The translations under genes were made by a program, and so were the position numbers. A stretch of 61,346 nt of DNA from a virus (Duplodnaviria > Caudoviricetes). The notes beneath the pieces are model-generated. The model made no database searches. It was not told the origin of the DNA and saw nothing but the letters and a program-made list of their open reading frames with translations. The stretch spans positions 1 through 61,346 of IMG/VR virus record IMGVR_UViG_3300049629_000715; one strand, 5' to 3'. Below, piece after piece: positions 28,926-37,969 of this stretch (position 1 is the stretch's first letter; each line of letters begins with the position of its first letter).

Positions 28926-29629
28926 TGTTCTCCGCGATTGGCTCACTTCCGAAACACAGATATGTGTTCGTTGATTCCCGTTTCACTCACGAAGAGCCAT
29001 GCGGGTATGTTCCGGCAGTTTGGTTTGGGCTGGTCAGTTTTCCCGGCAGAGCGTGGGGATGCCATGTGATGTTAGAGTGTGGTGCGGTTTATCGCTCCCT
29101 GCCACCTCATGCTCTCTCTTTTACCGAGAATCCGGAGGAATGGTCAGTTGAGCAGGCGCAGATGTGGGATTGCTACGGGACGCGCTGGTCAGCGGAGGAA
29201 TACACCTATCTGCGAGGATTGAAAGTTACCTGCAAAGTCGAAGGCAAGCTGTATGATGGCGATTATCTTTTCACTATCGCGCCGTTGGAGGATGGGTTCA
29301 GCGAAGCTCCTGAACAATCGAAAGAATTTATGTTCTGCAAACTGGATAATGGCAGATTGACAATTCAGCCGACAAATAGGGTTCTTTTTGAAGATCGCAG
29401 TTTTACTGGCGGGGAAATGCCAAAGTTGAAATTGCAAACTGACACCTATTCTTGCGAGCAAAACCCACCGCTAACCGAACGCAAACCCAAGCCTATCCCA
29501 ACGCAAACCCTCCCATTCCCCAATACCCATTCCCCATTATTAAAAATAAAAAACCTTTTCAATTCCGGAAAACGAGTTTTAATCCGCATCGCCAGAATTT
29601 TCTGGCATCAAAATAAATACAACCCATAA
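28925..29629 (+). CDS. Conserved-looking phage hypothetical protein with an origin-like C-terminal extension
   Basis: GAVYRSLPPHAL…QMWDC…NGRLTIQPTNR globular part, then a Pro-rich tail derived from repeats. Confidence 0.7.
   Translation: MFSAIGSLPKHRYVFVDSRFTHEEPCGYVPAVWFGLVSFPGRAWGCHVMLECGAVYRSLPPHALSFTENPEEWSVEQAQMWDCYGTRWSAEEYTYLRGLKVTCKVEGKLYDGDYLFTIAPLEDGFSEAPEQSKEFMFCKLDNGRLTIQPTNRVLFEDRSFTGGEMPKLKLQTDTYSCEQNPPLTERKPKPIPTQTLPFPNTHSPLLKIKNLFNSGKRVLIRIARIFWHQNKYNP
29461..29535. repeat. Iteron-like C-rich repeats, second copy
   Basis: Shares AACCCACCGCTAACC, AAACCCAAGCC, CGCAAACCCTCCCA and CCCAATACCCAT with 39376-39434. Confidence 0.8.
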
Positions 29630-29640
29630 AATAAATATAT
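29556..29640 (+). promoter_or_regulatory. Early promoter-like cassette P1 (TTTTCA-N16-TTTAAT, hairpin, A-rich leader)
   Basis: Same hexamers and spacing as at 31124; GCCAGA-attt-TCTGGC hairpin follows. Confidence 0.55.
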
Positions 29641-29808
29641 ATGTTAGAAAACGCCCAAACAAAACTCGACAATCTGCAAACACTTCAAGTTTGCGCCGTA
29701 GACCAAGGAATGGAAGTTACCATCTCGGTTGACGAAGATGGTTTCTATTACATCGGAGAAAAGATGTTCACAGATTATAAATCAGCACTCCGCTATCTCG
29801 TGAAATGA
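29641..29808 (+). CDS. Small hypothetical protein (55 aa)
   Basis: MLENAQTKLDNLQTLQVCAVDQGMEV…; A-rich leader; ATGA overlap with the next gene. Confidence 0.6.
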   Translation: MLENAQTKLDNLQTLQVCAVDQGMEVTISVDEDGFYYIGEKMFTDYKSALRYLVK

Positions 29809-30443
29809 TGGTAATGCCATCCAATAATTCCGGAATAATGATCGGATATCTTGCTGGTAAATATCCAAACAGGATCGGATGGTTATTATCTCCTGATGGT
29901 TGGAGAAAACCTCCTTCATGGATGCCATACGCTCTTGACAACGGAGCGTATGGAGCATGGTCAAACGAGCGCGAATGGGATGCTAAATCGTTTCTTGATT
30001 TAATTGAGAAATCTAAAACAGCGCACAAACCTCGTTGGGTTGTTATTCCTGATGTAGTAGCAAATCGGGAATTAACAATCCTTCGCTGGCATGAATGGAT
30101 GCCAAAAATCAAGAGCCGTCTTTTCGGTGTTGCATATGCTTTTGCTGTGCAAGATGGAATGACGCCTAAAGATGTTCCCGATGAAGCCGAGGTTATTTTC
30201 GTCGGAGGAACAACCGAATGGAAGTGGCGAAATCTGCATACTTGGACAAATAATTTTCAAAGAGTCCATGTTGGCAGGGTAAATTCTGAACGCATGCTTT
30301 GGATGTGCCATGAAGCAGGAGTGGAATCCTGCGATGGAACAGGCTGGATGCGAGGCGGAGAAGAACGATTAGAAGAACTAAATAGATATTTGGAACAATC
30401 AACAGGAGGCGACAAACGCCAACAACAACAATTAGCACTATGA
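29805..30443 (+). CDS. Short TGT/DpdA-like (7-deazaguanine transglycosylase-like) protein
   Basis: ALDNGAY, VIPDVV, AVQDG, FVGG, VHVGRVN and SCDGTGW motifs; adjacent to queD. Confidence 0.6.
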   Translation: MMVMPSNNSGIMIGYLAGKYPNRIGWLLSPDGWRKPPSWMPYALDNGAYGAWSNEREWDAKSFLDLIEKSKTAHKPRWVVIPDVVANRELTILRWHEWMPKIKSRLFGVAYAFAVQDGMTPKDVPDEAEVIFVGGTTEWKWRNLHTWTNNFQRVHVGRVNSERMLWMCHEAGVESCDGTGWMRGGEERLEELNRYLEQSTGGDKRQQQQLAL

Positions 30444-30820
30444 ATAAACAAGAAAGACTCAACGCAACATTCCGGCTTTGGAAGGACTTTACTTTTGAAG
30501 CGGCACATCAACTTACAAAGGTTCCCGTAGGACATCAATGCGGGAGATTACACGGGCATAGTTATAAACTTCGCGTCCATTGCCAAGGCAAACTTGATCC
30601 GGAGCGAGATTGGGTTGTTGATTATTCAGATATTGCCACCGCAGTTCGTCCTGTAATTCAAAAACTCGACCATTCATTCCTTAATGATCATTTTGATTTT
30701 GAAACGACCGCCGAAAATATAGCTTGGTGGATGATTCATGAAATTAAACAAAAACTTCCATGGCTTTACGCTGTTGAATTATTTGAGACTCCCACAACAT
30801 CCGTTTATGTGGAAATGTGA
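30440..30820 (+). CDS. queD: 6-carboxy-5,6,7,8-tetrahydropterin synthase
   Basis: FEAAH, CGRLHGHSY, LDHSFLND, TAENIA and ELFETP motifs. Confidence 0.92.
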   Translation: MNKQERLNATFRLWKDFTFEAAHQLTKVPVGHQCGRLHGHSYKLRVHCQGKLDPERDWVVDYSDIATAVRPVIQKLDHSFLNDHFDFETTAENIAWWMIHEIKQKLPWLYAVELFETPTTSVYVEM

Positions 30821-30835
30821 AATTCAAAATAAAAA

Positions 30836-31150
30836 ATGAAAAAGACCACTCTGAAAGATTTCTGCCGAATGATTTTCGGTTGCTATCCTCCGACGCATTA
30901 TTCCAACGCTACGAAACGAGAAGCGGAAGTTGCCGGACTGATTGCCGCTGGCTGGTCTAACAAAGAAGTTGCTTCGCATCTTAAAATATCAATCAAGACA
31001 GTCGAGAAACACCGGACGGCAGTTCATAAAAAAAACAATCTTGCGAATACCGCAGATTTGACCCGTTGGGCATTAGCCCACGGATACGCAAAAAATGAAT
31101 TTTTGGAAAACGAAAAAAAATCCTTTTCAAAATCTAAAAAGATGATTTAA
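30836..31150 (+). CDS. LuxR/NarL-type HTH DNA-binding protein
   Basis: TKREAEVAGLIAAGWSNKEVASHLKISIKTVEKHR. Confidence 0.9.
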   Translation: MKKTTLKDFCRMIFGCYPPTHYSNATKREAEVAGLIAAGWSNKEVASHLKISIKTVEKHRTAVHKKNNLANTADLTRWALAHGYAKNEFLENEKKSFSKSKKMI

Positions 31151-31205
31151 TGCATCTCATCGGAGGAAACTCCGGTGAAAAATAAATCAATAAATAAATA
31201 AATCC
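31124..31205 (+). promoter_or_regulatory. Early promoter-like cassette P2
   Basis: TTTTCA-N16-TTTAAT, then a CATCGGAG-gaaa-CTCCGGTG hairpin and a (TAAA)n leader. Confidence 0.6.
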
Positions 31206-31610
31206 ATGAATCCTAAAAATATCAAAATCCTCTCGCGTCACAATACGCTCGCTGAAGCTGTTCAAGCCGCAAAACCTGACCTCTCGTATAATGAACGCGA
31301 GGCTCGCGAATCCATCAAACTCACCGACTGCGGTTACAATCGTGATCGCGGAACAATCGCCGCTTTCGTTTGTGAAGACGGGAAAATCCGTTTCGTTTAT
31401 CAAGCCGACATCGCTCTGCTTCACGAATTTTCTCCTTTCTCTTCCTGCTTGAGCAATTCACCTTTTGAACTCGTATTCGATGAAATCGATTATCTGAATT
31501 TCACGGGTCTGAAAATGACGAAGAACTCAAAATCACGCCAAACGATTCGTTCACTTCAAGCAAATCCTGATAATTCTGCCTGCGGTCGCTGTCACGCACT
31601 TGTTTCCTAA
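31206..31610 (+). CDS. Hypothetical early protein
   Basis: 134-aa ORF after the P2 leader. Confidence 0.7.
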   Translation: MNPKNIKILSRHNTLAEAVQAAKPDLSYNEREARESIKLTDCGYNRDRGTIAAFVCEDGKIRFVYQADIALLHEFSPFSSCLSNSPFELVFDEIDYLNFTGLKMTKNSKSRQTIRSLQANPDNSACGRCHALVS

Positions 31611-31660
31611 TCTCGTTCCTCCCAGAACAACCAACATCAACCAATAAATAAATAAATACC

Positions 31661-32422
31661 ATGTTAGCTACAATCAATCAACTCACGGCAATCGATGCCG
31701 CCCATGCCGCCTCAACAACCAGCGAAAAATACGGATTCGTTTCTACCCGCTCGGTTATCGACAACCTCACAAGCCTCGGCTTCACCACTCGCTCGATTCA
31801 GATTGCGCGAGCCAATAAAGAGGAACGCAAAGGCTTTCAGAGGCATATCGTCCGAATGCAACATTCCTCGCTCATGCCGAAAGTTGGCGATTCATTCCCC
31901 GAGGTTGTTCTGATCAACTCCCACGATGGCGGTTGCTCCTACCGAATGATGCTCGGAATGTTCCGCCTTCTCTGCTCTAACGGAATGGTATCTGGAAACA
32001 TTCAAGACGAGCTTCGGTTCGTTCACCGGAAGGCAAATCTCGACAAGATCAAAGATGGCGTATTCTCCATCGTTGACAGAGCCGCCAGACTCTCCGATGT
32101 CGTTTCCCGCATGAAATCCCGCGAACTCACTCTTCCGGAGCAGGCGCACTTCCTCGACGAAGCAGTCCGCATCCGTTACAAAGCTCCCGAAGGCGATGTT
32201 TCTCTAGAGGATATTCGTGAATTCAATCATCGCCGCGATTCGCTCAATCAGCTTCGCCGCTATGAAGATCGCGGGAATAATCTTTGGCTTACATTCAACC
32301 GCATTCAAGAGAACCTTACACAAGGTCGCCGTGGTAGCGGTGTTCGCCGGATTACCTCTCCTCACACGGATGTTTCCGTGAATCGTGAACTCTGGAATCT
32401 CGCGGAAAATTTCTTGAACTAA
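31661..32422 (+). CDS. DUF932 family protein
   Basis: SEKYGFVST, LINSHDG, GMFRLLCSNGM, LWLTFNRIQENL and NRELW motifs. Confidence 0.85.
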   Translation: MLATINQLTAIDAAHAASTTSEKYGFVSTRSVIDNLTSLGFTTRSIQIARANKEERKGFQRHIVRMQHSSLMPKVGDSFPEVVLINSHDGGCSYRMMLGMFRLLCSNGMVSGNIQDELRFVHRKANLDKIKDGVFSIVDRAARLSDVVSRMKSRELTLPEQAHFLDEAVRIRYKAPEGDVSLEDIREFNHRRDSLNQLRRYEDRGNNLWLTFNRIQENLTQGRRGSGVRRITSPHTDVSVNRELWNLAENFLN

Positions 32423-32430
32423 TTTGTTTC

Positions 32431-32454
32431 GGGAGGGGGATTATTCCCCCTCCC
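32431..32454 (+). terminator. Strong GC hairpin (terminator or RNA processing/stability element)
   Basis: GGGAGGGGGA-ttat-TCCCCCTCCC; no clear U-tract follows. Confidence 0.55.
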
Positions 32455-32468
32455 TAACAATTCATATT

Positions 32469-32891
32469 ATGAAATTCCTACCGATATTGTTAGCGGGATC
32501 ACTCGTTTCATGCTCATCAATCAGCAAAGAAACATATACCGAGCGGCGGATTTTGACCTACCCGAAAAAATCAACTCCGCATATCAAGGATATGTATTTG
32601 CAGGAGCCGAAAACCCAAACGCCTCAAATCATTCATCAACCGGAACCGCAAGCGGCAACGCCTGTTGATGATTTTGATTACATCAATCCTGATCTTCCGA
32701 CAAACGACATCATTACGATTGGCTCGACCAAACAAGATGTTGCTCGCGTTCTTGGGAATCCCACCAAGGTTCACAAAGGAGTAGATGACGACATGTGGTG
32801 GTATAAATCCAGCTACATTGTCTTCAATTCCGAAGGCCAAGTTGAAGGATACAGCGAAAACGGAACGCCACTCAAAATCTCAATCCAATAA
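32469..32891 (+). CDS. Lipoprotein with SmpA/OmlA (BamE)-like C-terminal domain
   Basis: MKFLPILLAGSLVSC lipobox; IGSTKQDVARVLGNP…WWY. Confidence 0.65.
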   Translation: MKFLPILLAGSLVSCSSISKETYTERRILTYPKKSTPHIKDMYLQEPKTQTPQIIHQPEPQAATPVDDFDYINPDLPTNDIITIGSTKQDVARVLGNPTKVHKGVDDDMWWYKSSYIVFNSEGQVEGYSENGTPLKISIQ

Positions 32892-33346
32892 TGTATATCA
32901 CCCACAACGACGAGGAAATCCCGACAGGGACACTCAAACAACTCGGAATCATTCAGGCCAACTATAAATTGCTGGTCGAAATGTTCGGTGAACCTCGAAT
33001 CCTAAATCAAGATTGTTTGCATGTTGAATGGGTCGTCCGAGTAGGCGACAAGATTGCCGCAATCAACAATTACATCGGCGTCACCAAGCCGACTGTCGAA
33101 AATACGGCACTCTGGCCGATAGCCGGATCAGAGCCTGATGTCATTAACGATATTCGGCAGATTCTTGATAACCCAATAGCCAGCATTAAGCGCAAAATCG
33201 AATTTGAAATGAGTTTGGTTGATGCAAACGAAAAAGAAGAACTCTTGAAGAAATGCGCGAGAAATCTTGAGCAAATGTGCAAGGCGACAACTATTCTATG
33301 CAAAAGCGCGGAGACGGCATTAGCGCAAATGAAAAAAATTATTTGA
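32891..33346 (+). CDS. Hypothetical protein
   Basis: 151 aa; YKLLVEMFGEP…VEW motif. Confidence 0.7.
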   Translation: MYITHNDEEIPTGTLKQLGIIQANYKLLVEMFGEPRILNQDCLHVEWVVRVGDKIAAINNYIGVTKPTVENTALWPIAGSEPDVINDIRQILDNPIASIKRKIEFEMSLVDANEKEELLKKCARNLEQMCKATTILCKSAETALAQMKKII

Positions 33347-33459
33347 TGGAGACAACAAATGAAAGAACTACTCTATATTCAATGGAGCTTTGAAGCCTTC
33401 ATTAAAGTCATTCTCCCACTTTTGTTTTCGATTTACATTTACAAAACCCAATTCAAAAA

Positions 33460-33621
33460 ATGAACGAAACAAGTTTCATAATTTTAGCGATAGCTAGTTT
33501 TATTGCGATTGCTTTTGCGTATCGCGCAGGACAGCAAAAAATACTGGATCAATTCGATGAATACACCAAAAAACGCAGAGAGCGCGAAAGCAGATGGCGC
33601 GAATTTGAGGAGGAGGATTAA
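33460..33621 (+). CDS. Small membrane-anchored hypothetical protein
   Basis: MNETSFIILAIASFIAIAFAYRAG…; translated by hand. Confidence 0.55.
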   Translation: MNETSFIILAIASFIAIAFAYRAGQQKILDQFDEYTKKRRERESRWREFEEED

Positions 33622-33623
33622 AA

Positions 33624-33818
33624 ATGGGAACTGAAAAAACAATTCATGATTGCATGCCTCCCGAAGCGTATATGCGAATTTGGGAATCAGCATCCAAGAA
33701 TAATAATGGCCCAAGATACGCGAGCACAGTTATTGTTAAAAAAAAGATTGACAGAGCAGGGCAAAAAACCAATGTTTCGTCCCGTCTCGTAAAACAGCGG
33801 GGCAACATTGATAAATAG
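33624..33818 (+). CDS. Hypothetical protein
   Basis: 64-aa ORF in operon. Confidence 0.55.
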   Translation: MGTEKTIHDCMPPEAYMRIWESASKNNNGPRYASTVIVKKKIDRAGQKTNVSSRLVKQRGNIDK

Positions 33819-33820
33819 CC

Positions 33821-34060
33821 ATGTCTAACAACAATAAAAAAATAAACTTTCCAGCCTTTCCGGTTGCCCCTTATGCGGGTGATCGTGACAATGCTCCGAT
33901 TAAATCAAATACCGGAATGTCCATGAGAGATTTCTTTGCCAGTATGTGCCTTGTTGGTCTTGCTGGCGACATTGCGGATAGCGACATCACCGCCGATGAG
34001 ATTGCGGAAACGGCATACGAAATCGCTGATGCGATGTTAGGTAAAATTGGAAAAATATGA
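33821..34060 (+). CDS. Common small phage protein (PAFP…GMSxRDFFA…AYxIADAML type)
   Basis: Recognisable motif. Confidence 0.75.
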   Translation: MSNNNKKINFPAFPVAPYAGDRDNAPIKSNTGMSMRDFFASMCLVGLAGDIADSDITADEIAETAYEIADAMLGKIGKI

Positions 34061-34248
34061 GCGAGCCGAAAGATCAAAAAACATTCGACGAAATCGTAGA
34101 ATCAATAGATATCAGTTCGCTCACTCCTAAAGATATTCTCGGAGACTTGTTCAGATCATTTCAATACATTTCAACCAGAGTTGCGGTTGCAATTCGGTTG
34201 CTGGAAAAAATGGAAAACAAGGAGAAAGAAAATGACCCAATACCCTGA
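34057..34248 (+). CDS. Hypothetical protein
   Basis: 63-aa ORF with ATGA overlap. Confidence 0.55.
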   Translation: MSEPKDQKTFDEIVESIDISSLTPKDILGDLFRSFQYISTRVAVAIRLLEKMENKEKENDPIP

Positions 34249-34456
34249 TCGGATTCCTTACGATCAATGGATAAATAGCCAGTTATCAATAGCGCGATTT
34301 TATGGTGGAATTTCCATCAACGGAAAACGCTATGTCATCGATAGAGAAACCAACGATCTTGTGATTCCGGTGCGTAGAAAAAACCGGAAAAAACAGGAAG
34401 AAAAAAAATCAGAAAAAAGTGTTTTCAAAACAGAAGAAATGAATTTGAATACATAG
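34232..34456 (+). CDS. Hypothetical protein
   Basis: MTQYPDRIPYDQWINSQLSIARFYGGI…; start at 34232. Confidence 0.6.
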   Translation: MTQYPDRIPYDQWINSQLSIARFYGGISINGKRYVIDRETNDLVIPVRRKNRKKQEEKKSEKSVFKTEEMNLNT

Positions 34457-34494
34457 TGCAGTTCAACTGCTCAAATAAATAAATAAATAAATCA
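34422..34494 (+). promoter_or_regulatory. Early promoter-like cassette P3
   Basis: TTTTCA-N16-TTTGAAT, GCAG-ttcaa-CTGC hairpin, (TAAA)n leader ending ATGAATCCT as at P2. Confidence 0.5.
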
Positions 34495-34649
34495 ATGAAT
34501 CCTCAAACAACAATTACTGCCCGTAAAAATGGAACTTATTGCGTTCATTTTTACTATAACGACGAAGAATCAAATGTCATCTGCAATAACCTGCAAGATG
34601 CCATGAAATTAGTTTCCGAGTTTCTTACGCGAGTTTCTAATAAATAAAT

Positions 34650-35066
34650 ATGCAAACATTCCTGCCTCATAAATGCTTCACCAAATCGGCGGCATCATTA
34701 GATAATCGCCGACTCGGTAAACAGCGTGTCGAATGCCTTCAAATCCTGAATGCGCTTCACAACCCTGAATACGGCTGGCAAAACCATCCCGCGACGAAAA
34801 TGTGGCGCGAGGATAAAGGTTCTTTGGTTCACTACGGACTCGCTATCTGCGACGAGTGGATTCGCCGTGGCTACAAAGATACCTGCCGCGATAAAATCAA
34901 AGCGTATTTGCAAATTGCCGACCTCTCGCGGAAAACTACTCCGCGCTGGGTGACTGACGATTTGTGCGTTTCGCATCAGAGTAACCTCATCCGTAAATTT
35001 CCCGAGCATTACGCTCCGCAATTTCCGGGTGTTTCAAACGATCTTCCGTATGTCTGGCCAGCCTGA
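34650..35066 (+). CDS. Pyrimidine dimer DNA glycosylase (DenV/endonuclease V-like family)
   Basis: MQTFLP…LDNRRLGKQRVEC…NHPATKMW…SHQSNLIRK…YVWP. Confidence 0.85.
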   Translation: MQTFLPHKCFTKSAASLDNRRLGKQRVECLQILNALHNPEYGWQNHPATKMWREDKGSLVHYGLAICDEWIRRGYKDTCRDKIKAYLQIADLSRKTTPRWVTDDLCVSHQSNLIRKFPEHYAPQFPGVSNDLPYVWPA

Positions 35067-35315
35067 TATGAAACACAATCTACATTGAATTTTCCCCCGA
35101 ACAACAAACAAACCAAAACCAATGAAACATAAATCCATTACATTCAAATTCGCCTGTGGCGAAAAAGAACTGGCCGAAGCCGCTCGTTATTTCAATATCA
35201 AGAAAGCGACCCGCGAACATTATCGCAGATTGATCAATATTTTGATTCACGAAGGCGAGAAAGCCATCCTGAACAATAACGAAGACTAAAACTAACAACT
35301 CAAATAAATAAATAT

Positions 35316-36125
35316 ATGAGCCAAATAGCAATACCAATAAATGAAATCGAGCGCATGGCGGAAATCATCTCCAAAGCGAACTTCTTTGGATACGCCAATC
35401 TTGAGCAGGCGGCAACGCTGATGCTCATCGCGCAAGCGGAAGGTCGCCATCCGGCATCAGCCGCAAAGGAATACCATATCATCAAAGGCCGACCCGCCCT
35501 TAAAGCGGATGCGATGCTTGCACGATTCCAGCAAGCTGGCGGAAGCGTTCAATGGGTCGAACGCACCGACCAAAAAGTATCCTGCAAGTTTTCGCATCCG
35601 CAGGGCGGAGAAGTCACAATCTGTTGGACTATTGATGATGCCAAAAAAGCTGGCCTCACCAATAACGACAACTGGCGCAAATATCCGCGCCAAATGCTAT
35701 CTGCTCGCGTTATTAGTGAAGGCGTGAGGGCAACCTACCCAAGCGTTGTTTCTGGCTTATACACGCCAGAGGAAGCGCAGGATTTCAGCCCTTCGCCAAC
35801 GCCTGCGCCAAAACCAGCAATATCTCGCCCAAATCTGCCAGAGGCAAAACCAGAAACGGCTCCTGTTATCGAAATTGCGACCGAGGTTGCCGAGGCTCCG
35901 GTTGAATCAACAGGACAAGAGCAGGAGGCATCCACGGAAAAACGCGATGCGCTTTGGGAGTTGATGGAAACCCATCAATACACCGAGGCCGACATTATGC
36001 GATTCATCACAGATAAAGGCGTGAAAACCTCGGCGACCCGCATCGCTGACCTGACCGATAAAATCGTTGCCCGTCTCGTTGAGAAATTCTCTCTCATCGT
36101 GAAATTCATGGAGGAAACGAAATGA
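35316..36125 (+). CDS. RecT/Bet-like single-strand annealing protein
   Basis: IIKGRPALKADAMLA…DAKKAGL…WRKYPRQMLSAR…GLYTPEE. Confidence 0.8.
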   Translation: MSQIAIPINEIERMAEIISKANFFGYANLEQAATLMLIAQAEGRHPASAAKEYHIIKGRPALKADAMLARFQQAGGSVQWVERTDQKVSCKFSHPQGGEVTICWTIDDAKKAGLTNNDNWRKYPRQMLSARVISEGVRATYPSVVSGLYTPEEAQDFSPSPTPAPKPAISRPNLPEAKPETAPVIEIATEVAEAPVESTGQEQEASTEKRDALWELMETHQYTEADIMRFITDKGVKTSATRIADLTDKIVARLVEKFSLIVKFMEETK

Positions 36126-37186
36126 GCGACGAGCGTAACGGAAAAATCTCCGGAAGTGGCATTGCGGCACTCGCCGCTTGTCCGGGGAAATTCAATCTGG
36201 AACAAACTCTCCCGAAACAGCCTTCGGGAGAGGCGGCGGAAATCGGGAATCGTGTTCACGAATACATTGCTTCCGAGGGGAAAACCAAACTTGTTGATTC
36301 AGAGCGCGAGATTGCGGAACTCATCGTTAGCAAGTATGAGGAAGCGGTTGAAACAATCGGACTCGGAAATCCGGACAGCGTTCAGCGAGAAACTCGCCTA
36401 TGGTATGGTGAGGATTGGAGCGGACAAATTGATCGGATTGATTTCTACGACACCTTTTATGGGAAAGTAGCTATCGTCACCGATTACAAGTCTGGCCGAA
36501 TTGCCCAAGGCGGAGCGTCTGATAACCTTCAACTGCGAGCTTATGCTGTTCTGGCTAAAAAAGCGTATCCAGAATTGTATAAGGTTTATGTTTGCATCGT
36601 TCAGCCGCTCGCTGGCCCAACATCAATCGCTCAATACGATGAGCTGGATTTGGCTCAATCCGAGGCGCAAATTCAAGAAATCATCCGCAAAGCGTATGAT
36701 CCGAACGCGCCAAGGATTCCGAGTCCCGATGCGTGTCGGTATTGCTCGGCTAAATCGGTTTGCCCCGAAGCCAGAGGATTAACCACCCAAATTCAGCAGA
36801 TTGCCCATGAAAATGTGAAGGCTCTTACCTGCGACGAGCTTGGGAAATATCTGGAACGAGCGGAGGTTGTTGAGGATATCATTGCCGCTCTTAAATCCGA
36901 GGCCAAAAGCCGATTGTTATCTGGTCAATCCGTGACAGGATACAAATTGGAGGCAGGTAATTCAAGTCGCTCGATCCCAAATCCCGATGCGGCATACGAA
37001 AAGTTGAAGACTCACATGAGTCCACAAGAGTTTGCGAAATGCTGTAAAGTATCAGCACCGCAATTAGAATCTTTGATTGCAAAAAGTATGCAAATCAAGG
37101 CAAAGGAAGCAAAACAAAAGCTGGGCGAATTGCTCGGAACTGAACTTGTTGTAAAACAAGGCGAACAAAAAATGGTAAAGGAATAA
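36122..37186 (+). CDS. Cas4-like PD-(D/E)XK exonuclease (DUF2800-like)
   Basis: ACPG, GNRVH, GQIDR…DYKSG, QLRAYA and CRYC…C motifs. Confidence 0.85.
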   Translation: MSDERNGKISGSGIAALAACPGKFNLEQTLPKQPSGEAAEIGNRVHEYIASEGKTKLVDSEREIAELIVSKYEEAVETIGLGNPDSVQRETRLWYGEDWSGQIDRIDFYDTFYGKVAIVTDYKSGRIAQGGASDNLQLRAYAVLAKKAYPELYKVYVCIVQPLAGPTSIAQYDELDLAQSEAQIQEIIRKAYDPNAPRIPSPDACRYCSAKSVCPEARGLTTQIQQIAHENVKALTCDELGKYLERAEVVEDIIAALKSEAKSRLLSGQSVTGYKLEAGNSSRSIPNPDAAYEKLKTHMSPQEFAKCCKVSAPQLESLIAKSMQIKAKEAKQKLGELLGTELVVKQGEQKMVKE

Positions 37187-37188
37187 AT

Positions 37189-37821
37189 ATGGAAAAGAAA
37201 TATCTATCAAAAGCAGGAAAATACATCGCGGTTGTCAAGCGTCCGCCTAACGGCTGGTTCGGTGAAATTGGCGAAAAGAAAACGCCATTCATTCGGATTC
37301 CATTGATCATTCAGGAAACCCAAGAAATGGAAACTGACGATCAGGTCGGAACTGAAATCGTCTGGCGAGGATTCATCACCGAAGCCGCTGTCGGAAGGAC
37401 TGTAAAGGCTCTGGCAAAAGCGTTCAATTGGGATGGTGATTTGGCCGCTCTTTCTGCCGACCAATACCTGACCTCATTTGAAAATCCTGACATGGTTGTT
37501 CTTGAAAAAGGTAAAACAACCGACACCGACCCGTTTACTGGCAAAACCTGCCGGATTACCTGCGAGGAAGAAGAATACGATGGCAAAACACGCGTTGTTA
37601 TCAAATGGTTGAATCCCGCCGAGGGGAAAGAGCCTGCGGTGATGGATCAAAAATCCCTGAAATCAATTATCGCTGATGTTGGCAAAATTGCTAAAAATGC
37701 CGCGAAAGAGGCTCTTGAAGAACAGAAGACAGAAAAGCCAAAAGGCGCAAAACCTGCACCGAATGTTCGTAAACCCGAATTAAAACAATTCGACGAGGAA
37801 GGCGACGAGATTCCATTCTGA
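37189..37821 (+). CDS. Putative single-stranded DNA-binding protein (DUF669-like)
   Basis: Acidic C-terminus EEGDEIPF; follows the annealase/exonuclease pair. Confidence 0.7.
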   Translation: MEKKYLSKAGKYIAVVKRPPNGWFGEIGEKKTPFIRIPLIIQETQEMETDDQVGTEIVWRGFITEAAVGRTVKALAKAFNWDGDLAALSADQYLTSFENPDMVVLEKGKTTDTDPFTGKTCRITCEEEEYDGKTRVVIKWLNPAEGKEPAVMDQKSLKSIIADVGKIAKNAAKEALEEQKTEKPKGAKPAPNVRKPELKQFDEEGDEIPF

Positions 37822-37969
37822 TTATGAGTCAATATGATGATTACGATCTATCTTCCGAAATTGAGGAAGAGCGTGAAGAAAGGTTTCATGCTATGTGCGC
37901 CAAGCGCGATATGGATCAAGGAATATGCCCGAATTGGGGCGACAGCGAAAATGAACAGGAAGAAAACGA

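Noticed and set aside
36122-37186. Cas4-like nuclease as CRISPR-associated
   Set aside because: It sits between the annealase and SSB genes, the usual phage recombination context, with no array
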